From Raillietiella orientalis (Eukaryota), in assembly GCA_036172245.1 (NCBI GenBank), contig JAYWIR010000016.1, positions 2,232,001 through 2,296,000 of the forward strand: a stretch of 64,000 bases of DNA. Reading direction: 5' to 3'. Within the stretch, counting starts at the first letter, position 1. The number at the start of each line of letters is the position of its first letter. This document shows, one piece after another, positions 48,551 to 62,100 of this stretch. A program made the translations under genes and the position numbers. Under the pieces are notes generated by a model that did no database searches, had not been told where the DNA came from, and worked only from the letters and a program-made list of their open reading frames with translations.

Positions 48551-51500
48551 GCGACGTGAGCGGTTTGCGACCCGCCCAGACGGCGGCTTGGGGAAGCTCT
48601 GAGCGAGTCGGAAAAGACCAGGGTTGCGTTTCCCCCCGTCTCGACCCTAGACGACCTTTCGGTTTGGTCCTTCCTTGCCTGGGGCTAGCGGTGCTTAGAG
48701 GATGGACGGCGGGCCTCCATGCGCAGTGCCGTGTGGCTGCCTTGCCTTTGCCCTCAACCCCAGCGGCGCCTCGTCCGGAGTTACAGCAGGTCCCTGGGAC
48801 GGGGGATGCTTCCCTGGAGGGTGGCGACAACTGGGACAGGGAGAGAGGCGGAGCATGTCCTCTGCTGTTCTAGCTGAGCGCGCTTCCAACTACGGGAAGT
48901 GTTAGGGTGCAGAAGGGGGGGAGGAGGAGGAGGAAAAAGGATTCGGCTCCGTGGAAGGAGGCGTGGTCATCCCCTAGGGTAGGGTTCCTTTGGAAGGGCC
49001 TCCCATCCTCTCCCAGGATGCGCGAGAGGTTCCAGGACGCTGTCTGCCCTCTTGGGCCAGACAGGAGCGACCCGAGGGAGCGCTTCCGAGCCGAATAGGA
49101 GACCAGCGAGAGGGCAGAGGGTTGGCAGAGTCTCAAAGAAGGTCGCCCTGGATTCGTCTGGAAGGCCTGAAGGGTGAGGGGAGATTAAATCGCTTCTTCC
49201 CCGGGTGAGGAAGGTGGTCGCTCCCGTGTCTCCCTGCAGCGGGCAAGTGGAGTATTCCCGGAGGGCTCTTCTTGGGCGAGCGTAGCAACGGGACCTGGCT
49301 CAAGACTCCAGGAGCCTTCCTCGGAGCATCCCCAGGAGCCGCGGCTGGCCCCCGACCTCCCTGATCACTTTCCGGCGCCACCGGGTAACCAATGACGTCC
49401 CGAGGGCGCGCGCCTCTCTGCTCCGACTGAGGATCCACGGTAAGATGCTGAGTGCTCCATGAGGAGCCTCCTCCTCGTCCCCGTCTCTCTCCCCCCTAGC
49501 GTTTCTCTGGGGTGGAGGAGAAGAGCTAATGGACCCTCTCCTTCCCCCTGGAAGAATGCGGGACTCGACCGATGTCCCTCCGACGCCTAGAGAGGGGGAG
49601 CCGTTTTCCAGACCTGTTTCTGTCCCCCTCCTTCAGCTCTCGGAGTCTTCGAGCTCTCCCTCCGCCCCATGAAGTCGGCTGCTCTTGGGCACGGATCCGC
49701 AGCAAAGGGTTGGGTGGAGGAGCCCAGATTTGCTGGGTCTCTTCCTTACGAAGTCGCACTGCCTGGAAGGGTCTCCTTCACTTCGAGGACTGTTCGTTTC
49801 CAAGGAGACCGAGACCGTACCGGCAGCATTCTGTGCTTGCTAGGTTGCGAAGAAAAGGGGCGAGGGCTAGGAATGGGCCACCTCAGAGAGGAAAGAGGGT
49901 CCAGGGAAGGTCCTTTCTCCGGGGCACGAAGGAGGGGGGAGCAGAAAGGTTCGATGGTCAGTTCCTGCCCCTGAGAGAGAGAGGGAGGATCACGGAACGG
50001 ACTCTTCCCAGATCCCCCTCCATCCTTCCCTCCTCTTCCTTCTTGACGCGATTTTTTCGAGACGCAGGGAAGGGAAGAAGGGGTCTTCGAGGGTCCAGGA
50101 AGAGGATCCGGGAGGGCACGCGAGGCAGAGAAAGGAGAGGGACTTGGTGACGTCACCGAGAAAGCTCGAACGATGGCAGAGGGGACAGGGTGCGACGCCC
50201 TTCTCTCAGGGAGCCGCGCCTCTAGGGACTTCTGCCCACTGCCTCCGCCGGGTTCTGGTCCGAGACGCCCTACGCCTCTTCCCCTCGTGGCTCTCCTCCT
50301 TTTGAAAATACCTTCCCTCCCCCCTTCCATCCCACTGTTCCCCTAAGGATGCGGGCAGGAAGTGGAGGCTTGAGGTGGAGAGGAGGGTCGGGGATCGGAA
50401 GATCCACTTGACCGGCTGGCACCAGCTCGGACGGACCGTCGGGGCATGCGCCGACTCGACGGGCTGGAGGACCTGGCCGCGTTCCCTGTTCAGCCGGCCC
50501 CCCGGAAAGGAGAGGTCTCTCATGTCCCCCAGGGAGGCGGATCGGGCATGGATGTCCTCCCTTCGACCTCGCCCCCTCGTGGCCTGAGTAGTGGGTGGTC
50601 CTGGGAGGCTAACGAGGCGCCTTTTCCTGGTCCGCGGAGAAAGGGGGTAGTGGGGTGGTCGCACTCTGGAGGTACTTCTGTGAGAGGGCCACGGGAACTC
50701 CCGGAAAAGTGTCCACGTCTGCGGGAGAGGTCACTGCTGCTGCTCGCCTCGAAGGCCGCAGCTCTCCCTCGGAGCGGCGGGGTCATCAGGGAACCCTGAC
50801 CCAGGGAGGCGATCCCGCGTCCCCGCGGCAGGAGCCCCATTCGATCCGGGTGAAGACCTTAGGACAAGGGAGGACCCTTCTCCGAGACCCCGACCTAGGG
50901 AAAGGAGCGCCTGCCCCTCGACCCTGCCCCCATGTGGTATCCCCGGAGCCGCGGCTGGAGCCGGGCAAGGACGTCAGCCCGTTTGTCCCGTTTCCTGGCA
51001 ACGGATGCCTCTGATCTTTCTCTGCAGAGAGAGGTATTCGCGCAAAGATGACCTTCCTCCGGTCCAAAAAAAAAAGAAAGAAAAAAAAGTGCTGATCCGA
51101 GGGCTTGAGGAGCCGTTGGTTCCTCAAGGAACCTTGCTTGGATCAAGGTCTCGGGTCAGCACTTCCGCACTGGCTGCAGTCTCCCTAGGTCCGTGGGCAC
51201 GTGCGCCCCAGGGCGTCCCGCGCTTCCTGCCCTCCTCCCCTTCCGCGCACGCTCTGGGAGAAGCTCTGGTCCGTTCCCTTCGCCTGGGGCATCATCCCGA
51301 TGCCTCCATCCCTGGGCAGTAGCCTCAAACTACTCTTCTGGAGCACCTGAACCTAACCTCGAGGCCGGCCGGCTACAACCCGGCGCGTGCACTTCGGGGT
51401 CGAGCAGCTACGCTGGGATGCTCGCGGTGCCCTTCAACGCCGGCCCGCAACCGCCCAGCGCGTGATGGCCCACCACCTGGAACCGCAAGGACAGTTCATC

Positions 51501-52499
51501 GCGCGCGAGTCCCCCAACTTCTCCCCTTCCCTTCCATTTCTTCGCTTCCCCCCTCTTTCGGTAGGTTGCACCACGAAAGGTGACTTTCATTATTAATAAC
51601 CCCGGAGTCCAGTCTCTATGGCAACGAAAATACACAACGGCAATTGCTCCGTAGGAGGAAAGAAAACTGAAATAAGTGAAATTCTTGTAAATTAATGAGA
51701 AACAATGAGAAGGAAGGAAGGAAGGAAGGAAGGAAGAAGAAACCGAAAAAAAAAAAAAAAAAAGGAGGGAGAGGGGGGGGGGAATGATTGATGATGCTAT
51801 TGGCTCTTGCAGCTCTCCGGCAGAGGTCAAGAAGTAATGGTTTTGCCTCTTCTTCGTATGGGGAACCCTTGGCATTCCTTCGTGATTCGTGACCGGGGAT
51901 CACGTGTGCGCAAGCGGGCAGGCCGCTTGCAGGCGAGAAATCAAAATGGCACGCACGCCTCCAGCGGGCAGGGTTCTCACTGCATCGGGAATAGGACCCG
52001 CGGACGCTTGACGGATCACCCGAGGCGAGCCGAGACCCTCACGAACGACTTGCAAGCGGAGAAGGTCGACAGTGAGCATTCCCGAACGAATTCCCAAGGA
52101 TGCCATATCCTCTCAATCCGATGAGACGATGAGAGAGGATGCTCTCTGATTGCTAAACCGTAATTAATTGACGATTTCCCTCCCATCCTTCCTCTTCGTC
52201 TCTCTCTCTCCCTTTCCTTTCCGGTATAGATTCAATTTTGGGATTTTTCTGATTTATGCTGGATACCACATTGAAGAAGGAAGAAAGGGAAAAAGAGAAT
52301 CCTCTTTTCTTCTTTTGGGTTATTGGTTTTTTCGGGAGATTCGTAATTGAATTTTTCAAAATGCATCCCCCTGCCTGAGATCTCCAGCTCGGATGCTCCC
52401 TGATTATCGACTCCGCTCCTCCAAGACAAGAGGCAGAAAATCCCTAATGAAGCACGGGAACTTAATTGCGATATCCTAATACACGCGCAGGGAAAGTAT

Positions 52500-53550
52500 C
52501 AAACGCGCACTCTGGACAGCAGGATCGCACTTGTGGAAGAGGAAAGTTCTCTTCCGTCAGTGTTGCCCGCTCCTTGATTTCTGGTATTTACTGTTACTCG
52601 GGAATTCGCTTGAAAAGGGGGGTGCGGCGCCGAGGAATGCCTGGGGAATCCAAGCGGGATGGCAGCCGCTCCTCGAAACGAACCCCCTCCCTGTCTCACG
52701 AAATGGGGAACTTCTTTCCGTGGCTCTCCTTTTCATCGGCTCCCGTCCCGTCGGCAACCGCCTTGGTCGGGGGAGCTTGCTGTGGAGTCCTGGACGAAGA
52801 GGACGCTTCCGTCCCGTTGTCACAGAAGCTGCCACAATTCAGTCCCGCAACCGGCGCCACGCGTAGCCACCCCTCCCTTCCGAACGGACGCTTCGACGCA
52901 GAAGATCCCCGGGCGCCGAGGCGCAGCCGCCGCAAGCGAGCCAGCGGGGATCGGCCAACGGGATCTGAACGACTTTCTCCTCGGGAGCAGTCCCCGTCGG
53001 AGGAAAAGGGGCTGGGGGCAAGAGGAGACTCTCTTTGAGGCCTGCAACGCCGAGGCTCTAAGGGGATTTCCTCCGCGCTCGCGGCGACCCTCGGGAAGTC
53101 CTCTCCTGCTGTCCTGGCAACGCATCACGGCGCAGTTGATTGCCCCGTCCGATCGGCCAGCTGCAGGAGACCGCGGTGAAGGCGATGAGGAGTTTGCTGG
53201 TCACCTTGCCGCTTGCCAGAGGGGGCGGAAGGGACCCGGAAGAAGCTGAGGGACAGGGCGGGCAATGACCCGAGACGGGGTCGAGGCTCCTTCGGTTTCC
53301 CCAGGGTGCGCAGGAGTCCACCTGCTGAAGCCAGGTGGCAGGGAGGACTTCATCAAGGGAGTCTCGCGCGAGGGAGACGTGGAGGTGAGGAACGGATGCC
53401 AAGCCTGCACTGACGCCGGCGCCTTCGAGGTCAACTCCAGACAGTCCCTACCGCCGCCCTGTCGCTGGCGACGGGAAAGGGAGTCGCTACGTCGCCTTTC
53501 CCCCGGAGTTGCGGTGGCCAGCTGGTGTCGATGTGGACATTTCTGCAGTC
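52500..53550 (-). mobile_element. Decayed GC-rich LINE RT remnant
   Basis: ASGKVTSKLLI...DALPGQQ resembles GKV.AKILL.RL...ILPESQ. Confidence 0.35.
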
Positions 53551-56500
53551 ATCCTCGTCATCGAACACCGCCAAAATCATCTCTGGGTCCGTCGCCGGGG
53601 GGGCGGTTCGGGCTTGTCATCCTCGTAGGGGTCTGCACGGGCATCTCAGAGGCCGCTGCCTCCGGCGTTGCCCACATCGCGACTCTGGTGATCCCTCCCC
53701 AGTTTGCCTCGGGGAGAGGGGGAGGGGGAAATAGCCAGGAAAGGGGAGAGAAAGGAGGAAGGGGTCCACCCTTGACCTCCTTGAGTCGGGTCCCTGGGAC
53801 GTCCCATGGACGGCTTATCAGTGCCTGCGCTGCATCGTCGCAGCACTGCGGAGTCCCCGATCCGCCCGCCTGGCCTATCGGCCGACCTCTTGCAAACATG
53901 GTAACTTCCGTTCCAAATTTCCCTTCCTCTCCTCTCCCCGTTCTCTTTCGCGGGGCGGAGGCGCGAGGGGTGAGAGGAGGCAGAGACGGGAAAGGTTCCT
54001 CGTATCCTCTCCGGGAGTGTTGGGAGACTCCTGCCTGCGCTGGAACGGCTTCTGGACGGAGATCCTACCTCTCCTTCCTCCCCGCTCGGAGGAAGTGGAC
54101 CGGCGGGTGGTGCAGGGAAAAAAGGGGTGAAGGGCGGACACCATGGGAGCAGAGAGGACGCCGCAATGGAATCCGGGGAGGGGTAGTGCGACGAGCACGG
54201 CCGTCCTGGCGTCCGAGGGCGAGACGGCTCCAAAACGATGTTGCGAAGATGACGCAGCAAGGAGTAGGAGGAAGAGGAGGAGCGCAGCAGATCCACCGCG
54301 GAGGATCGAGCTAGAGAGCCACTGCAGCGCGGAGGTGGCAACTGCCTGCGCCAGCCATGGAGCAGGCCAGAGTCTCTCAGCAGCGACAGCCGGTGACGCC
54401 CTGCCGGGAGGGGAGAGGTCGGGACGCAGGTGCCCACGGCAGTGCAGGGGAAAGCAAAGGATGGAGGCCCCTCGCTTGCCCGGACCGGGATGGTGCTCCC
54501 GTGGCGCGTTGAAGCGCGTCAACGATGGCGGTGAACCCGGAAACAGGGAGTGGTGAAAGGAGAATGGGCAGAAGGGAGGTGGGCAGACTTCCCAGTCCCT
54601 TTTGCCGGGACCACTCGGAGGAAAGAAAGGCTGACGGGTCGCCGCTCCCGTCAGCCTTTCTTTCCCTTCCCCTTCATCGGGACACGCCCCAAAAGACCGC
54701 TCTGGAAGGAGAGGGTAGCTAGGCAACGGAGGCGCCTGGAGGAGGAGACAGCGTGCGTTGCAGTTCCGGGAGTCGTGCCTCCCAGCGAGGGGAATGTTTG
54801 GATCCCCACCCCACCCCGAGACAGCGCTTCGGGCGGGGACAGAGAGCGGAAACAAACATGGCACCTCTTTCCCCTCACTCGCCCAGATGGCAACCATCTC
54901 ACTGTCCCCCAGGGGGCTCTGCGACCCGTGACCTGCCGTGCAACGGACGGATGGTCAGCAGCTGCCGCTCCTCGGATCCGCGGAAGTGGCCGTTCCGCAA
55001 CAACGCCGGCGAGTCTCGGTCGGTGGCCCTACTGCCCTCCCCCCCGCGTGCCTGTTCCGTTTTTCGGAGAACTCCCCCGGTAAACCTCCGCGGGGCCGTC
55101 GACTGAAGGCTCCACTCCTCCTCCTCCTCCTCCTTCTTCGGGAGCTCGCTAGGTGGGGCCCTGCCACGTGGAGACCATGTGGAGACGGGAAGTCCGTGTT
55201 CCGGCCACGGGGCGCCGAAGATGCTGGCGCACCGCCCCCCTGCCCCGCCCCAGTATCATCCCGAGATCCTCCCTAAGACCTCTCCTCGCGGGAGAAACGG
55301 AGGGTTCTGATTGGCCGTCGCTCATGCGCGGGATGCACCGCCCTCTTCAGAGGCAGGTTGACGCGGACGAAGGGGAGCGTCTCGTAGTCGTCCTCCCGGA
55401 GGCGAGGGAGGAAGGGAGGTCGTCCAGGGGGCGCCGTCAGCCTGCAGAGCTCGGGGACGACACTTCCCCTCCCTAGCATCGTTCTTCTTTCCCCGTCCCC
55501 CGAGACACACCACAGAACTCCTCCCTGGAGATGTCTCTGCTCCGCCCCTTCCCCCTCCCGCCACCAGGGACAAAACTCCTCACTCAACGCACTCCTCCCC
55601 GTCCGGAGCGCGCTGGTGCTTCTCCCGTGAATCATTCGACGCTTCACCTGCTTCCAGTTGTGTTCTTCCATTCCGGAGGACGTCCCATGGACGCGGAGAC
55701 TCCACCCTTAGCTTCACTCTGATCCGCCCCAGCCTGCTCGACCCCGCGACGCTGTCTGAGCTGGTGGGCCCGCGACAGGCTCCGTTCCCAGGTCTCAGCG
55801 TTCCCAGTTTCGGCTCTTCCTTGAACCTTTCGCCCTCACCCTCCTCCTAGCCTCCCTCCCACTCGTCCTCCGGGTCTCACCCTTCCAGACTTCCGCCCCA
55901 TAGAACCCTTTTATAGGAGGGAGGAGTCAGAAGAGCTGCGGCCTGTCCCTTCCCCCCATTCTGGAGGCAGGAGAGGCCTTTCGGAAGGAAAGGGAAAGCA
56001 GCTCCCTTGCATCGACGTGACCTCCTGCGCCTTTTCCTTGATTGCGAGGGGCTGAGGGGGCGGCCACGCTTTCAGAAGGAGGAGCGCCTCTCCCTCCACC
56101 ACGCGCTTCGACGTCTCTGCGTTCCTTTCCGTTAGTAGGGAAGGACGAGTGCTCCCAGATGTGCACCGAATGGGTGTAGGGGACAGAAGCAACGCCCTTC
56201 CGCTGAGGAGCACCTCGAGCCGCCATCTCCCGCCTCCGGCTTCGAGATCTCTGGAGCTGGAGCCCCCAGGAACTCTTTCCTGCTTCACCCACGGCTCCGG
56301 GAGCCACTTCCTCCTTTCTCCAATTCGACTGATGCATCCTCAACATCCCCTCGAGCTGTCTCCAGGTTTGCCAGATTTTTTTTTTTTTTCCTCTTCTTTT
56401 TCTGGTGGAAAACGTATTCGATCCCGAAGGGATGAGATCTTCGGGACGAAGAGTGCTTTTTCAGCTCAGAGACCTCTGTCGAGGCATCCAGCCAGGATCC

Positions 56501-57199
56501 ACTGGAATACCTGGATTCTCATGGACCACTCCTGGTTTCCTGAATTTTCCGCGAACGCGTCTGACTGATGGGAGCAGCGTGTCCTCTGGACCTTTCGCAC
56601 CTCCTGTTCATCCTACGCGAGCACTAGCCTGCGACCGACATGCACGCGGGCCATAGCCGTGGCGACTGCCAGCTGACTCGGAAGAGTCGCAGGTGTCCGT
56701 CGCTCCTATGCGGTGCACAGATGCTGGAGGAGGGAGTTGACGAGTGCGCTGCCTGCCTCGGTGTAGTCGTGGGCAACTCTTGGGGAGGGTCTGCGTGACT
56801 CTGCGCGGCGTCCACTCCAAATCGCGCGGACAAGGCTTCCTCGTGCTGACTAGCCCGCTGAACCCGCGACGGTGTGCCGCAAGCCGCGCACCGTCCCTGC
56901 TGACGCTTTCCCGCTAAGCGGGCGGCTCTCTGGCGGGGAACGCGACTGCGTGGAGGCCGACGGGTAATTCCCCCCTTTGCCGCCCTAATTTTTCCCTCAA
57001 CCGGGGTCGGTCAGAACCTTCATTTCCCAAGGGAGCAATCCGAGATCTCATCCAAGACCCTCAGCTCTTCGCATCTCTGCTTCTTAATTGCGGTAGGGTT
57101 TGTTTCTCATTTCCTCATCGCCTCATCTCGTGCTTATCTTCCCTTCCTTCCGATGCTCTTCTTGGCATTCTTCACCGCTGGCTGGTCATGCACTGATCT

Positions 57200-59110
57200 A
57201 TCCCCTCTCTGCCCCTTGCGTGTGCCCTTACACGCAAGGGAACGACGAGGTGTTTTCACCGCCTTCACTGCTTTGGCTCCTCGTTTTCTTTGCTTTGCCT
57301 GTTTCCCGTGCTGGTTTTCTTGACCCCTTTCCAGCGACCTCCTTCTTTGTCCCCACCGCCACTTGCCTGCAGCTCTCGGCTCCAGGCGTTAGCGAAGACC
57401 CACTTAAGTCTTTCTTTCCAGCCTCTTTTCTTCGTCCATATGGAGACCGAAGAAAAGAGGAAGAAACGTCCATATGGACGTTTCTTCGGGCGACCCTTCA
57501 TTCCTTCTTTCTTCGACGGAATGGGGTGGGTCACAGGATTCACGGGTTCGCCTTCTTGCCGGAGTAGCCTCTCCTCGGTTAGTGGATCCGCCCGTAGGAG
57601 GAAGGGTCTCTGCTCCCCGTGCTACGGTAGCTTGTCTCCATTTCATCTCTGATAATGCAGCTTCCGCATCTCCTCTTTCCGGAGAACGAGACCATCTGAT
57701 GCTTCGGGGAAGCTTTCCTTAGATGCATGCAGTCTTCGAGGCGAATGCCGCGGCACCGGAACTCGTTCCTGTACCAAGCAGTCGATTATCCCCTGAGGTA
57801 CAAGAAGGAATCTGTTGTCCATCACTACCATTCGCGATCTCCTATCAGATCTTCTGCGGGCGTTTTGGACAGCAAGGAACCAAAGCTTTTCTAACTGCCA
57901 GATTTCCCTGAACTGCATGCTGAACATAACTTCTGCGGTGTGCCACACCTCCGTGTTCATGCCGGTGTTCACCTTCCCGAACGAGGCGTTAACTGAACCA
58001 GGTTTCGGGAAGGAAGACGGAATAGCATTCTCCCTTTAATATTCATCGGCTTGTGTGTCCTATATTCTTAGATCCCTGTTCCTGAGTTCTGCCGGTACTG
58101 GACGTAATTGTGATGAAGCAAGGCATACCAAACCTCTGTCCCACTCGAACCCACATGCACGGTTTCCCACACACTTCTCGCTTCTGGTCGGCCGGCTGAA
58201 CAGCATCTTCCGACTCCACAGGGATGTGTGCTTACCCTTTTCTCATTTCCCTCTCGACATTATCTTATTCTTCTCATGCAGCCTCCTGTTTTCTTTACGA
58301 GTTCGGCCCGGTTTTCTACGGAACCTGCTTATCAAGTGTCCCGATGTTTTGATTCCCTTTCGGCGATTTCCCCGCGGTTCAGCTTCCGATCTGCCGGCAC
58401 AGCAGCATCCACTCTGGCCTTCTCGACGCACCGCTGAACTTGCGGTGGGCGAGCAGGCGGACAAATCTTAACGGGTCCTCAAGTATTTTTTTCTTCTTCT
58501 TCTTCTTCTGCCTCCTCGCCCTTGTACATTCCAGATTTGAGCAGCTGCAAAACTTTGCTGCCCGAATCTGGGCACAAAATCGCCGCTTTGCATTCCGACG
58601 ATTTTGCACACAGTTTCTCGCGTTAGGGCTCCCACGTGCCCGTTTCCACGGGGCAAGTCTTCGAGCGTTTATCTGGATGACGTGTCTCCTGCAAGCCAAA
58701 CAAGGCGTCCAGGAGCTGCCGTGATTCTACCCAGGTTTCCCCGTGCTGATCCACTGAACGCTGGTTCCAGAGAACTTGCCAAGGGCGTCCCTGCCTTCGA
58801 TCTCTTCCAGGTGCTTTTTACAACACTGCCTCTGGACTTCGGCGCCCAAAGTAACACCTTAGGAGGGATATAAAAAAGAATTCGAAATACTAAGAGCTTG
58901 AGCAAACGGAATCAATAGATAGCATAGAAGGGAGATAATTTGGCATGAGGCAAAGAAGCGCTTTCACTACCCACGGTACATCCCCCTTCGTATTCTTGAT
59001 GTACAGCCCATAAATCTCGCATTGGCATTTCCTCTTACAGCTGAATTAATGTTGGGAGTTCTGCCGATGCTTGCCGGGCAAAATGGTGCCAACGGTTATG
59101 TGAAGATCCC
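57200..59110 (-). mobile_element. Decayed RTE-like LINE (5' region, APE, RT start) directly downstream of cos
   Basis: LDALFGLQETRH (D..GLQETR), LSACSPTASS (ISAYAPT), KGVKKTSTGNRQ (KGD....NYRP) in the expected order and spacing. Confidence 0.5.
57422..57487. repeat. Two abutting inverted repeats, each containing TCCATATGGA
   Basis: CCTCTTTTCTTCG...CGAAGAAAAGAGG (13-bp arms) and the perfect 28-bp palindrome GAAGAAACGTCCATATGGACGTTTCTTC. Confidence 0.95.
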
Positions 59111-59137
59111 TAAATAACGGCATGCTGATATAAAAAG

Positions 59138-59143
59138 TTTTAT
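59138..59143 (-). promoter_or_regulatory. Likely cos poly(A) signal
   Basis: AATAAA on - about 50 nt after the stop codon. Confidence 0.6.
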
Positions 59144-59189
59144 TTCGGGTTAAAAAAAAAAAATGCATTGCAATGGAAGAAAGCTTTCG

Positions 59190-62100
59190 CTATCTCCTAT
59201 TCCAGCAGAAGCGTTTATTAATTTCCATCGATCGTGGTTGCTGTTGAATAATGATTTTGTTTCCTTCCCGCGTTACTTTAGTGGAAACAGATGGCTTGGA
59301 ATTCAGCACTGGTACCAAATCTAAAGCAAAGGAACTTTTGAAAGCAATCGGTTAAAAAATCACCAACCTTCTGTCCTTGGGTTCATGGAACCCAAAACAT
59401 CCCTCAGCCGTTTCTTCAATTCTCGACTGGTGCGTTTGTAATACTGTAGCTCGTGACTCAGCCCACCGCTACCGCTTTCTTCTTCCAGCTGCTGGAGCAG
59501 GAGGCGCACTTTCTCTTCATATTCACGTTGCAAGAAAACAATCTGACGTTCAGCTCGCAAATTTGTGCGGTGAAGGGCTGCAGAAAGTTCTTTGATGTGC
59601 AACTGTTGCTGCATTTGCTCAGCTTCCAGCTCGATGAGCTGCATTTCTAACCGCCGACTAGTTTCTCGCAAATCAAGTGTCTTATGAAAATACTTGTAAA
59701 GAAGCACTTGTGCTTCAGTCACACTGAGTTTCAACAGTCTACGCAGCAAGCAGTCCTCTGTACTGGTGCCAACAACGTTCCACGAGGATGCGTTACCACA
59801 TAATACGTTATTCTTGTACTCAATGGAAGCATCGATGGCCTCGACAGCTTCGTCAAGTTCCAGAAGACGACGCTGTCGCGACGGAGAGAGGTTTCCTTTG
59901 TACAACTGTCTATCCAGATGTTGTCTTTCACGTGCAACACGATCGCGCACACGACGAAGCTTACGAATTTCGATACGTAAAAGATTTTGCGAATCACTGT
60001 CATCAAGGGGTCCAGATGCTAGGATGGATCTGGGGGCCACAGACAATAGGCAACTATCTTGGGAGGATATGGTGCAGGAAGATAGGCAGGCAATCTCAAG
60101 GTCCTCGCGGTGTTCTGGAACACCTTTTGGCTCACTGTTTTGCAATCGTTCCTCAAGCAGCTTCTTATAAGCAGCCTGTTCAGCAAGCTGCGTCATGAGA
60201 TCATTTCTTTGCTCCTGCAAGTGAACTAATTCATTCTGAAGCTCCTCAATCCTAAAAAAGGCTGCTACTAAAAATAATCGGTGTGTCACTTACCTTTTTT
60301 CTTTATCAGCTGTTACGTTCGCTATCTTGGTAACGTCTTGCAAGCGTCTTTCACATTCCGTGAGGCGTTCTTCACATTTTTTCTTTGCATGAGAATCTTC
60401 TGATTGTTGCTGTAACTCCTCTGCTTGCAGACGAGCACGGTCGACATCATGCTGCAATTTGCGCATTTTTTGTTGCAGACGGTAACATGCAGTCTTTGCC
60501 AAAGATCCTTGTTTTAATTCTTCCACAAAAGATTCCTGTAAAAATCTGTATTGGCACAGCATGTGAAATCGTGCTACTCCACCTTGGCTTTGATGGTTGC
60601 TTCCAGGTCCTGGAGATGCTGCTCATTGTCATGAATTTCTGTAATGACCTTTTGTAATTGTTTAGAACTGTCACAAGTAGGCTGCAGAATTTGCATGTGA
60701 CCAGTGGTTGGCAAAGGTGTTGCTGATACTGAATGGCAACTTTCAGGAGAAATCCTTGACAGGATGATGTTGTTCACCTGGGGCAATATGCTGACTCGTC
60801 GAGAACGAAGTTGAGCATAAGGAATGCCCAGACCACCTGCCATTCCTTTGTTAAGTGCTATTATGGAAGCAGGACTTCCAGTACCTACACTGCAATAGTT
60901 ATATAACATTAGGTTAAATGGCAATACCATCTGCATCTGCTGAACAAGTATTTGATTCCTCTTTCTCTCCTAGGTTACTCTCCATAAGCAGGGCTATACT
61001 TTGGGACTCACACTCTTGCACCAACTGTTGAGTAGCTGCTTTGAATTCAGTCTTGATTTCCAACATCTTGAGTTCTAAATCAGACGCATCTTCAGAAGAA
61101 ATGTCCGTTCCTTCCTCCTCTGTATTATTACAATGGAAAATACAATGTTAGGCTTCAGAATGAAAAGGAACTCCTACCAATGGCTTCTAATTTGCCTCCA
61201 AAGGAATCATGGTGTGCTACAGATTGCTCCTTCGTATCCTCCAAACATTCCTGGCACTCTTCTTTTAAACAGAGCCAGGATTGGATTCTGCTGATTTGAT
61301 TTACACTAATTGATTGCTGCTGGGCCAATTCTGTTAGCAACTGTTCTGCCGAGCTCACAAGCTTTTCATATTGCTGTTTGGCAAACAGCAAGCTGGATCG
61401 CCATTAAGAATATGATTAAGGCAACTCACTCTAGGAATTGTTGGTTTCCTTGTTCTGTGTCATCAGCAAAAGGAGGGATGATTATCGTTGGTCCAACTCT
61501 AGGATAATTTACTATTCTCTGAGACAACATTGCAAGCTCGAGAGAAAGAACGGCTTCGCTCGGAATGTTGCAACAAGTTCTCATACAACAGACTAATGCT
61601 GTAATCGCATTACCCCCAAAAGATTCCTACAAAACACATGTACTTAACAAGAATCTAGCAATTACCTGAAGCAAGTACGTCAGAAAAGATGGAGGAGAAA
61701 TAGGAGTATCCTGCAAAACATGTGTAACAAGGCTTGCTAGTTCTGGAAGATAAGCAGCACTCAAGTCCACTATGCAAAATTGAGAAATTCTTCTGGTTAA
61801 ACCAGCACCTTCAAGAAAGTTTGTCAAAAGTCCAGACTAATCCACTACCTACTGTTATTCCAAGATTGAAGCAGATTCAACTGAAATACAAATGACGCAG
61901 ATTCTCTTTGCAGTGTGACAGAATCACCAAACTGCTGCACTCTTGTTCCAGCATCCATGCAATCAAATGCATCTTGAATTGTGCTACAACGCACAGTACT
62001 TATAGGCTGATGTTTCTACATATCTAGTGAAATACTTTGATCACAGCATTTACTACCAAATATCTGCCATCTTCACAACTAAGCAAATCAAAGATCCAAT

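Noticed and set aside
48100..56600. Long ORFs such as 53265-54314 and 53875-54897 as genes
   Set aside because: Low-complexity GC-rich translations with no recognisable family
56850..56865. CCCGCTGAAC resembling the 28S rRNA 5' region
   Set aside because: Only a 10-nt match with no further rRNA similarity
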